Source: an uncultured Lachnospiraceae bacterium
GTDB lineage: Bacteria; Bacillota; Clostridia; Lachnospirales; Lachnospiraceae
DNA length: 59,804 nt
Direction of reading: 5' to 3'
Assembly: GCA_948946835.1 (NCBI GenBank)
Contig: CARBNS010000014.1
Location: forward strand, 1-59,804
The notes under the pieces are model-generated. The model searched no databases. It saw nothing but the letters and a program-made list of their open reading frames with translations, and was not told the DNA's origin. Positions 50,156-58,026 of this stretch are shown piece by piece; position 1 is the first letter of the stretch; the number at the start of each line of letters is the position of its first letter. The translations under genes and the position numbers were made by a program.

Positions 50156-51520
50156 CTACTTTCTCGCCGCTATCATAGACTCCAAATTTTTATTCACCTT
50201 CTTCAAATAAACGCATGTGACCGCCAAAGCCGCAAGCTCCGCGAGCGGGAACGAAAGCCAGACCGCCTCTAATATTCCCGTCAGGGAAAGCAGATATGCC
50301 GCCGGAAGCAAAATCACAAGCTGGCGTATAACCGACAATACCAGACTGTATACGCTTTTCCCCAATCCCTGAAACACCCCGCTCGCCACAATGGAAACGC
50401 CGGCAAAGAGATAGCATGCGCTTAAAATCCGAAGCGCCGGAACGCCGATTTCAATCATCTGGCCCGATGCATTAAAAAGCATTAAAAGCTGTTTCGGCAT
50501 TACTTCCGCCGTCAAAAACCCTGCAATCATCAACACAACCGCCGCTATCATGCTGCTTTTCATCACCTTCATAATCCTGTCTTTATATCCGGCTCCGTAA
50601 TTATACGCCACAATCGGGATTAACCCGTTATTTAACCCAAACACAGGCATAAAGATAAAACTCTGCAATTTAAAGAATACGCCGAACACAGCCGCCGCCG
50701 TTGAAGTAAACCCAAGCAATATCTTGTTCATAAAAAATGTCATAACGGAACCAATCGACTGCATTAAAATCGCCGGAACCGCAACTTCATAAATCTGCAA
50801 CAGCGTCTGTTTGTCCGGACGGATTTTTGAAAGCGTAAGATGGATTTCCGTATTTTTTTTCTGGTTGTAATAAAAACCAAATACCATCGCCACGATCTGC
50901 CCGAACACAGTCGCCGCCGCCGCGCCTGCAATTCCCATTTTCGGGAAGCCAAACAGCCCAAAAATCAATATCGGGTCAAAAATCAGGTTAATCACTGCGC
51001 CCGTCGTCTGCGTAATCATCGTGCAGACCGTCCGCCCCGTCGCCTGTAAAAGACGTTCAAAACAAAACTGCCCATACAATCCAAAACTTGCCGCCGTACA
51101 AATCAAAAGATACGTCTTTCCATACGCTATAATTTCCGGTATATCTGTCTGTAGTTCAAAATACAGACCGGAAAAGCATACGCCGATCAGCAAAAACAGC
51201 AGATAATTTGCCCCCGCCAGTATAACGGAATTGCCTGCCGCTTTGTCCACTTCCTCAAACCGCTTTTCGCCCAGCCGTTTCGAAAGGAGCGCGTTTACCC
51301 CGACTCCCGTCCCCGCCGCGACCGCTATCATAAAATTTTGAAGTGGGAACGCCAGAGAAACTGCCGTCAGCGCATATTCATCAATCTGCGCGACAAATAT
51401 ACTGTCCACAATATTATACAATGCCTGAACCAGCATGGATATTACCATCGGCAGAGAAATATTAACTAACAGTTTATTAACCGGCATCGTCCCCATCTTG
51501 TTCTCTGTCTGCGCTTCCAT
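50156..51520 (-). CDS. MATE family efflux transporter.
   Basis: 454 aa; MPVNKLLVNISLPMVISMLVQALYNIVDSIFVAQ MATE N-terminus; 12 TM helices. Confidence 0.8.
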   Translation of the reverse strand: MEAQTENKMGTMPVNKLLVNISLPMVISMLVQALYNIVDSIFVAQIDEYALTAVSLAFPLQNFMIAVAAGTGVGVNALLSKRLGEKRFEEVDKAAGNSVILAGANYLLFLLIGVCFSGLYFELQTDIPEIIAYGKTYLLICTAASFGLYGQFCFERLLQATGRTVCTMITQTTGAVINLIFDPILIFGLFGFPKMGIAGAAAATVFGQIVAMVFGFYYNQKKNTEIHLTLSKIRPDKQTLLQIYEVAVPAILMQSIGSVMTFFMNKILLGFTSTAAAVFGVFFKLQSFIFMPVFGLNNGLIPIVAYNYGAGYKDRIMKVMKSSMIAAVVLMIAGFLTAEVMPKQLLMLFNASGQMIEIGVPALRILSACYLFAGVSIVASGVFQGLGKSVYSLVLSVIRQLVILLPAAYLLSLTGILEAVWLSFPLAELAALAVTCVYLKKVNKNLESMIAARK

Positions 51521-51525
51521 TTCTT

Positions 51526-52158
51526 CTACATCTCACTTTCTTCCGTAACATCAAGTTCAACAGCTTCCGCCACTATTTCCGCATCTGCATCCACTGCCTG
51601 AAACCCTTCCATCTTACTCCGCATCTCTTTTGCTGTTTTCGTCACTTGGAAAATAATCCAAAGATCCGTAATCCCGTCATAAATTAGCGCCACGCCCACA
51701 AACGCCAGCGCTACGGAAATTACGCCAAAGCAATCAAAGATGCAAGCGATCCCAAGCCCCATTCCAAATACTGCCATAAGCAGGATCACCCAGTAAAATT
51801 CATAACCGCCGCGCCTTGTTTCAAGCGCATACTTAAAATCTTCAAACCCATGCACAAACAGCACAACGCCAATCCCAATTAAAAGCATACTCTGGATGCT
51901 GTGCGGCTTTAAATAGATCCATATGCCCACAAACAAAAGAACAAGCCCAAGCGGCAGGTTAATCCCATGTCTTTCCTGCTTATTCATAATATAGCTAATG
52001 ATTCGGATTAAGCCCAAAACGGCAATCACTGCCGCAATCGCTTTACACGCAATCGTCGTCACTTCTGTCGGCCATATCATCAATACTGTTCCAAATACAA
52101 TACAGCACAGCGCGCTGATAATGACGTCCAGCTTTATCCTTTGAAATAATTCTTTCAT
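51526..52158 (-). CDS. HdeD/DUF308-family small membrane protein (acid-resistance-membrane-protein-like) with an acidic C-terminal tail.
   Basis: Six hydrophobic helices in the DUF308 repeat pattern (GIxxIxxG...); C-terminal DADAEIVAEAVELDVTEESEM. Confidence 0.55.
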   Translation of the reverse strand: MKELFQRIKLDVIISALCCIVFGTVLMIWPTEVTTIACKAIAAVIAVLGLIRIISYIMNKQERHGINLPLGLVLLFVGIWIYLKPHSIQSMLLIGIGVVLFVHGFEDFKYALETRRGGYEFYWVILLMAVFGMGLGIACIFDCFGVISVALAFVGVALIYDGITDLWIIFQVTKTAKEMRSKMEGFQAVDADAEIVAEAVELDVTEESEM

Positions 52159-52172
52159 TCCAATGCCTCCTT

Positions 52173-53534
52173 TTACGCTTTTTCTTTTACCACAATAGAA
52201 GGAAGCGCAATTTCACTGTACTGCGTTGAAATAATCTTCCCTCGTGACGCCCGTGAATAAATTCCCTGAAACCTGCCGCCATAAACAAATAATCCAGTCA
52301 GGTTTGACACTTCAATAAAGTCCGCATCCTCCCCTTTTGAAAAATCTATATTTTTCGTCTGGTACGGGACGCAAAATCCCTGAACCAAAAACCCTTCTTT
52401 CCTGTGGGCGTCAACCATTTTTTTCCACTCCTCCACAGAAGAAAACTCCACGCCAGCAAACACGCCCTTAGAACCATAAGAATCTAAGGGTTTTATAATA
52501 TAACGGTCTTTTTCGGCTATCATCTTATCATATGGAAGATAATCCGCCGTCATTAACGCCGTGTACGGCACATGCGCCTTGACATACGCGCGTTCTGCAT
52601 CCGTTAGAAACTCTTGCGTCATTGGGTGATGCAAGATCTGGTACAAAACTTTATTATGCGCAATCTGCGTCGTAAAATCCCCGATCAGGCAAACGGCGTC
52701 CGCTTTCACTGCCGCAATAAAATCCGTCACTTCACTGTAATGCTCCATAATATCACTTGTCACGGCGCGGCGGTAAATTAAGTCAATCGGTTTTCCCTCT
52801 TTCCCATAAAGCCTTTCGCCGTCAAATTTCATATCCCGTATTTCACAGATTTCACAATCTATGCCATGCGTTCTGTAACTTTCGGCAAAAATTTCAAACT
52901 CATTATTCGTCGCGCTCTCCATAAAATCTACGATTGCAACATTCGGCTTTTTCACCGCCCCTTTGATTGTCTGATAAATCCGAAGCGACGTTTCCACCCA
53001 TGTGTCAAATAATTCAAATGTCTGGATTTCATATTGTTTGGCAAGCTCTTGATAGCCTTCCGTCAATTTCAACGCATGGTTTAATTCACGGTCTTCGTTC
53101 ATGGCGCTTGAGCCGTCCGTATTAAACTCGCAAAATTTAAAGTCTTTTGTTTCTTCATTATAAAATAGATCAATCCGCGCAATCGGGATATTGCCAGAAT
53201 AACGTTTTTCACGCAGGATTAATTCCTCTAACTCTTTCGAAAAGCCAAACAAAGAGCGGTATGTTTGGTTTTCCCTGTATTGCGCAGTCACTTTATCAAA
53301 AATTCCATACAAAACGTCAATTAACTCTGTAAAACACTCAATATCCGCTTCCGTAAACATCTTCGGAATATACAATGTGCTAACGCATCTTCCATGGTAT
53401 TTCGCTGAGGAATGATTCATATAATCAATTTCTTTTAATGCGCTTTTCGCATGGATTCCTTTATCTTTTGCAACGCTTTCACAATAGGCTTGATTTAATT
53501 CACAAAGCTTTAGCATGGTTTTTCTTCCTTTCAT
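52173..53534 (-). CDS. Glutathionylspermidine-synthase-like (GSP_synth / circularly permuted ATP-grasp, YgiC/YjfC family) protein.
   Basis: By eye, FNTDGSSAMNEDRELNHAL matches LENNADTPTSLYEAAF, KVLYQILHHP matches KALLPLLWEMFP, and YIIKPLDSYGSKGVFAG matches YVVKPIFSREGANVSI of E. coli YgiC/YjfC. Confidence 0.55.
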   Translation of the reverse strand: MKGRKTMLKLCELNQAYCESVAKDKGIHAKSALKEIDYMNHSSAKYHGRCVSTLYIPKMFTEADIECFTELIDVLYGIFDKVTAQYRENQTYRSLFGFSKELEELILREKRYSGNIPIARIDLFYNEETKDFKFCEFNTDGSSAMNEDRELNHALKLTEGYQELAKQYEIQTFELFDTWVETSLRIYQTIKGAVKKPNVAIVDFMESATNNEFEIFAESYRTHGIDCEICEIRDMKFDGERLYGKEGKPIDLIYRRAVTSDIMEHYSEVTDFIAAVKADAVCLIGDFTTQIAHNKVLYQILHHPMTQEFLTDAERAYVKAHVPYTALMTADYLPYDKMIAEKDRYIIKPLDSYGSKGVFAGVEFSSVEEWKKMVDAHRKEGFLVQGFCVPYQTKNIDFSKGEDADFIEVSNLTGLFVYGGRFQGIYSRASRGKIISTQYSEIALPSIVVKEKA

Positions 53535-53589
53535 TATAGTAAAATGTATTATAACACACTTATTTTAAAAAGCAATCTGATAAAAAAAG

Positions 53590-53654
53590 AAAATTGGAAA
53601 AACCCATATTTCTATGGCAATACGCCACGATAGGCTCTGCCTGAAATATGGGTT
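53590..53654 (-). terminator. Long hairpin (12-bp perfect stem, 30-nt structured loop) followed by a U-tract; a candidate terminator for the large surface-protein gene.
   Basis: aacccatatttc ... gaaatatgggtt perfect inverted repeat. On the minus strand it is followed by TTTTTCCAATTTTCTTTTTTT. Confidence 0.4.
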
Positions 53655-53839
53655 TACTTATTTTTCCATATGAATTTTAAACATATTTCAATTTTCCGCT
53701 GACAAATGTACTTGAAACACTTCCCTGCATTCCTGCGGCAAAGAAACAAGATACTGATTTTGCAATCCTCACATTTAACGCCATAAAAGGACGCACGGTT
53801 TTTTTCATGTTATAGTGACATATAAAACTATATTCCTTC

Positions 53840-56800
53840 CTAATTTTTAAGGGCTCTATCCTCCTTAGAAGTATCTGGCGCAGATACTCGTCTGGAATCC
53901 GCATATGTTAAATCACTAAAAAACGTCAACGTATTTTTGGAAATAATTTTTCCGTCTACAATGGCAAATACATTCCAGTAATCTTCTTGCCCAAAGCCCG
54001 TGGGCACATGAAATGTACGCACCGGATCATTTCCATGATAAACTTTAATCTGCGCTCCAGATGTCGAAAGCGTACCGCTTCCATCATAATGATAAACGTA
54101 ATAATAGTATGGGGCATCGGTATTTACATTCAATGTAATTGTTTCGGGTCCATAACCTGTTATATCATCCAGATCAAGATTGCAGACTTCTAAATCCGAC
54201 TCATAATCATATTCCCACATATTTTCATAATATACATGAAAATCCTCTCCATCTGAAAATCTTCCAACGACATGAGAATCAAGATCACTTGGATTTTCAC
54301 CCCATGTTAAAACTATCCGGTATGTATCGTCTGCCATTACAGGTGACATGGTTCCATTCTGTTCCGGATTATCCGTATCTTCCCCCGGCCATACAATAAT
54401 ATTAAAGCTCGTTGCCAAATACTCCTCTTTACTTGCCGTAATCGTATAATTCCCACAGGGAATCCCGAATATAACGCCAAATGCTTTTTTCGCGCCAAAC
54501 CGGAACTCCCCATCAGAATCCGTTTTTAATTCCTTAATAATTTCACCTTCTGTATTATTCCAGCCAGAGCGAAGCTGAAGATTAACATCTTCAATAGGCC
54601 TTCCTGTAACTGCATTTGTAATAATTCCCCTAAATCCCCCTTTTCCTTCTCCCGAAATCAATTCAATTTCCTGCATATATGTCATTTCGCCATCTTCTAT
54701 TCTTTCGTAAGCAGAAAAAGGAAGATATCCGTCCTTTGTTATTTCTATCAAAAATGTCCCACTTGGAAGGGAACATGAGAAATTACCTAATTCATCTGTT
54801 TCCATTGCAGTGACTCCCATATCGTCTTTGGAAATTTTAACGCTTACCCCCTTGATATTGTTTCCAGTTTCAGAATCTTTAATATGACCATACAATTCTC
54901 CATTCTCTGATAACGGAGACAATATGACTGTCTGCACATTGCCTTTCGTCACAAACGATTTGCTTACACGCTTCCCATCTATATTTGCATTAGCTATATA
55001 AATCCCGTCATACAGATATTCCACGTATGTCGAATTGCCTGCCTTTTCATATGCCGTATTGCCATCTTCCCTTTTAATTGTCACAGGGATGCCTGTAAGA
55101 GTCTCGTCCTTGTCATTTAAGACTTGAATAGTTGTTTTGTAAAATTTATTTTTACAAGGGCCAAACCCATATTTTTTCTCTCCTCTGTATACACTGTCTC
55201 TGCTATTAGAAAGTGACCAAAAACATATTCCGGGGTATTCAGGAAGGAAATTGACATATCCTTCAAGTTCAAATAATTTAATATTAAATATATCTCCCTT
55301 TAAAGCATCATCGCAAATTGCAAACGTCATTTTTAAGTTTAAATCTGCAAACCATTTTATCTCACCAGAAACACACAAATCACACGCATGTTTGGACTCT
55401 GCATGATTTAACACATCATCACTGCCCATTTCTACTTCAGCAGTCATTTTTACGCCAGAATGGCCGCTAAATTCCACTTTAACTACATTTTTACAGAACT
55501 GGATCGCCGTAGAAAGTTTTGGACCAATCTTTATTTCTGCCTTACCCTCCGCCATTAAACTCACTGTTTGTGTTTTTTCTTTGATGTCTTCTCTTCCAGA
55601 ATAGGAATTGTATTGAAAACCCGACTTCTGTGAATAAGTATAATCCAATGATATACTCCCGCTAGCTTCCCATTCTATTGGAATTTTAGGATTTATCGAC
55701 GCTTCAAGCCCCGGCACCGGCGTTGGAACTGAAACCCTTGGCAATGGAATCTCTGTTTTGTCTGCCCTGCGCGCATTATTATCATTTCCATCATTATCTT
55801 TAGACACCTCCCCCTTTATGCCAAGTTTTCCCTCAAGCAATGTTGTAATGTTACATTCAAAATAATCTTTCGCAAAAAGTTTGGCATCATAAGATATTTG
55901 TATGCTGAATTGTACAGATCCACTAAGCGTCCCAGAAATTTTTAAAGTGTCTTCTATTAGCTCATGAGAAAAATCTCCGCCAATCGTCGGACTGGAAAAG
56001 TTGGTTTCGACGTCTATAATATCAATCCTTGGCTGAATGCCACTGTCCCCAGATTTCATATCTGTTTTCAAAACATCATAAAAATCAGTTAGCATTACAT
56101 CTGATGCGGTTGTAAATGTGATGAACCCATCCGAATTATTAATAACCTCCTTAATCTTAAACAGATACGCAGTGCCAGTAACATAAACCGGATCGCCGGA
56201 TCGCAGTCCCCTTACATCACTGTCAGGGTTATAAAACGTATATGTATGATCTAACATGTTGCTTTCAAATTCATCTTCAATGAAAATATCTTCTACAACT
56301 AACCTATTTGTCATGTTGCCAGAATTAATTATCTTCACATTTTCATTAAATACGCCAAAATTGTTTTCTGTGCTTTCATCAAAATTCACAACCTTTTCTT
56401 CCGGAAAATCATATACTGTCTTTTCTTCAAACCGGGCATATTTCGCAGAATAATCGATACATAAAAATGATTCACACAGTTTTTTTTCTATACCTTCCCC
56501 ATCTAATTCCACGAGCCTTGCGCGAATCAGATAGTAATCGGTTAAAGCAGTTTCCACAGGTATAGAAACACAAATCATCTCTCCATAATCTGGCGTCTGC
56601 GTGGCAACTCTTGTAATTGGTTCTTTCTGGAGACAGGCATTTACGGCTTCTTGTTCCCAGCTGCCATCTATACCGATTGTATCCTCATAAAACTCTACAA
56701 CCAATGCGCAGGCTGAATTTGTATTGATCGTTGCCTGTAGGGTATTTCCATTCATCTCTACACCTGAAATGGAGTAAATCGTTTCTTCCTTATTTGTCGC

Positions 56801-57910
56801 AGAATAAAGTGAATCTGTACTGCCGTCCGGCGAACCCCATCCGGCATACAACACCATATCCCCTTTAACTGGAGAACCAAAATCATATTTTGTTACAGCC
56901 GCAGACTCCATATACCAGCCAGTAAACCCATACATATCTCTTTCGGGGTCAGCTGGCGCTGCCACAGACTTGCCTTCTGCAACTTTCTGTATCTCATATA
57001 CATTTTTTGAACCGTCGTTACAGTCAAATGTAACCTGATAACATGCATCCGGATCGGAAGAAATCTGTGTCTGCCTCACCCATTTTGCATAAAGCGTTAG
57101 ATTTCCTGTAACTGCTTTTGAAAAATTATAAACCTTTTTAAGCGCTTTATCAGTATGCCATCCTCCAAACACATAGCCGTTTCTTATCGGATCAACCGGT
57201 TTTGAAACACGCCTGCCTGCAAGAATTTTTTGCGAAGGAGGCATTTTCCCCACATCAGAAGCATTTGAAACAAATGTAACTGTATAATACATAATAGGAT
57301 TTGCCTCTTTTGTGACTATAATCTTGACTGTGACCTTTTTTCCCCCGGAAGTACCTGTCATGATAGCCGCGCCTTCCCTAACAGCTCTGACATTTCCTGA
57401 TTTTGTAACTGTCGCTATGGAAGAATTATTAGATTTCCAAGTAATAGGCTGTATTTTTTTTGCAGGACTTGTAACTTTTGCTTTCAAATTTACCGACTGA
57501 CCTGCATTCAACTGATAAACACTGTTGCAAAGCAAGCTGATTTTTTTTGTTTTATTATATATTGTAATTTTACATACAGCTTTAATTTTCGAATTATGTT
57601 TCGACTTTGCAATAATTTTAACAGTTCCGGCCCTTTTCGCTTTCACTTTCCCTTTTGAAGTGACAGTCGCAACTTTTTTGTTTGAACTGCTCCATGTTAC
57701 AGTTTTAGATGCCTTAGATGGAATTGTTTTTTTTACTTTTAAAGTTCTGGATTCTCCTTTTACCATCATCAGCTTACTTTTATTTAATACAATCTTTTTT
57801 GGCTCATTTCGCCTTTTTGCAGCTTCTGTATTTGCCGGTAACAATGTTAAAACCATTGTAATTGCTAATAATGCCGTTATTAACTTTCTAAACGTTTTTT
57901 TTAATTTCAT
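53840..57910 (-). CDS. Giant secreted cell-surface protein (about 1356 aa): signal peptide, 2 Big_2 domains, 3 Listeria-Bacteroides (Flg_new) repeats, a large uncharacterised beta-rich core, 3 carboxypeptidase-regulatory-like (CarboxypepD_reg / Cna-B-like) domains and a C-terminal domain with a YHYDGSG motif.
   Basis: The preferred start is MKLKKTFRKLITALLAITMVLTLLPANTEAA (AAAGGGG RBS; ATG at 57910). Big_2: LNKSKLMMVKGESRTLKV...VTWSSSNKKVATV. LBR: YTVTFVSNASDV...NGYVFGGWHTD...LYAKW and YQVTFDCNDG...GFTGWY...LYAGW. CarbPepD_reg: GHIKDSETGNNIKGVSVKI...DELGNFSCSLPSGTFLIEITKDGY. Confidence 0.6.
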   Translation of the reverse strand: MKLKKTFRKLITALLAITMVLTLLPANTEAAKRRNEPKKIVLNKSKLMMVKGESRTLKVKKTIPSKASKTVTWSSSNKKVATVTSKGKVKAKRAGTVKIIAKSKHNSKIKAVCKITIYNKTKKISLLCNSVYQLNAGQSVNLKAKVTSPAKKIQPITWKSNNSSIATVTKSGNVRAVREGAAIMTGTSGGKKVTVKIIVTKEANPIMYYTVTFVSNASDVGKMPPSQKILAGRRVSKPVDPIRNGYVFGGWHTDKALKKVYNFSKAVTGNLTLYAKWVRQTQISSDPDACYQVTFDCNDGSKNVYEIQKVAEGKSVAAPADPERDMYGFTGWYMESAAVTKYDFGSPVKGDMVLYAGWGSPDGSTDSLYSATNKEETIYSISGVEMNGNTLQATINTNSACALVVEFYEDTIGIDGSWEQEAVNACLQKEPITRVATQTPDYGEMICVSIPVETALTDYYLIRARLVELDGEGIEKKLCESFLCIDYSAKYARFEEKTVYDFPEEKVVNFDESTENNFGVFNENVKIINSGNMTNRLVVEDIFIEDEFESNMLDHTYTFYNPDSDVRGLRSGDPVYVTGTAYLFKIKEVINNSDGFITFTTASDVMLTDFYDVLKTDMKSGDSGIQPRIDIIDVETNFSSPTIGGDFSHELIEDTLKISGTLSGSVQFSIQISYDAKLFAKDYFECNITTLLEGKLGIKGEVSKDNDGNDNNARRADKTEIPLPRVSVPTPVPGLEASINPKIPIEWEASGSISLDYTYSQKSGFQYNSYSGREDIKEKTQTVSLMAEGKAEIKIGPKLSTAIQFCKNVVKVEFSGHSGVKMTAEVEMGSDDVLNHAESKHACDLCVSGEIKWFADLNLKMTFAICDDALKGDIFNIKLFELEGYVNFLPEYPGICFWSLSNSRDSVYRGEKKYGFGPCKNKFYKTTIQVLNDKDETLTGIPVTIKREDGNTAYEKAGNSTYVEYLYDGIYIANANIDGKRVSKSFVTKGNVQTVILSPLSENGELYGHIKDSETGNNIKGVSVKISKDDMGVTAMETDELGNFSCSLPSGTFLIEITKDGYLPFSAYERIEDGEMTYMQEIELISGEGKGGFRGIITNAVTGRPIEDVNLQLRSGWNNTEGEIIKELKTDSDGEFRFGAKKAFGVIFGIPCGNYTITASKEEYLATSFNIIVWPGEDTDNPEQNGTMSPVMADDTYRIVLTWGENPSDLDSHVVGRFSDGEDFHVYYENMWEYDYESDLEVCNLDLDDITGYGPETITLNVNTDAPYYYYVYHYDGSGTLSTSGAQIKVYHGNDPVRTFHVPTGFGQEDYWNVFAIVDGKIISKNTLTFFSDLTYADSRRVSAPDTSKEDRALKN

Positions 57911-58026
57911 AATGTACCCCTTTCTGTTCTGCCAACGCTTGTAATCATTATCCCTTCTTTTACACAGGAGATTAAATAAAGAATCTGATGCTTTTTCCAA
58001 TGCCAATCGCATAATATGCTCTCCTT

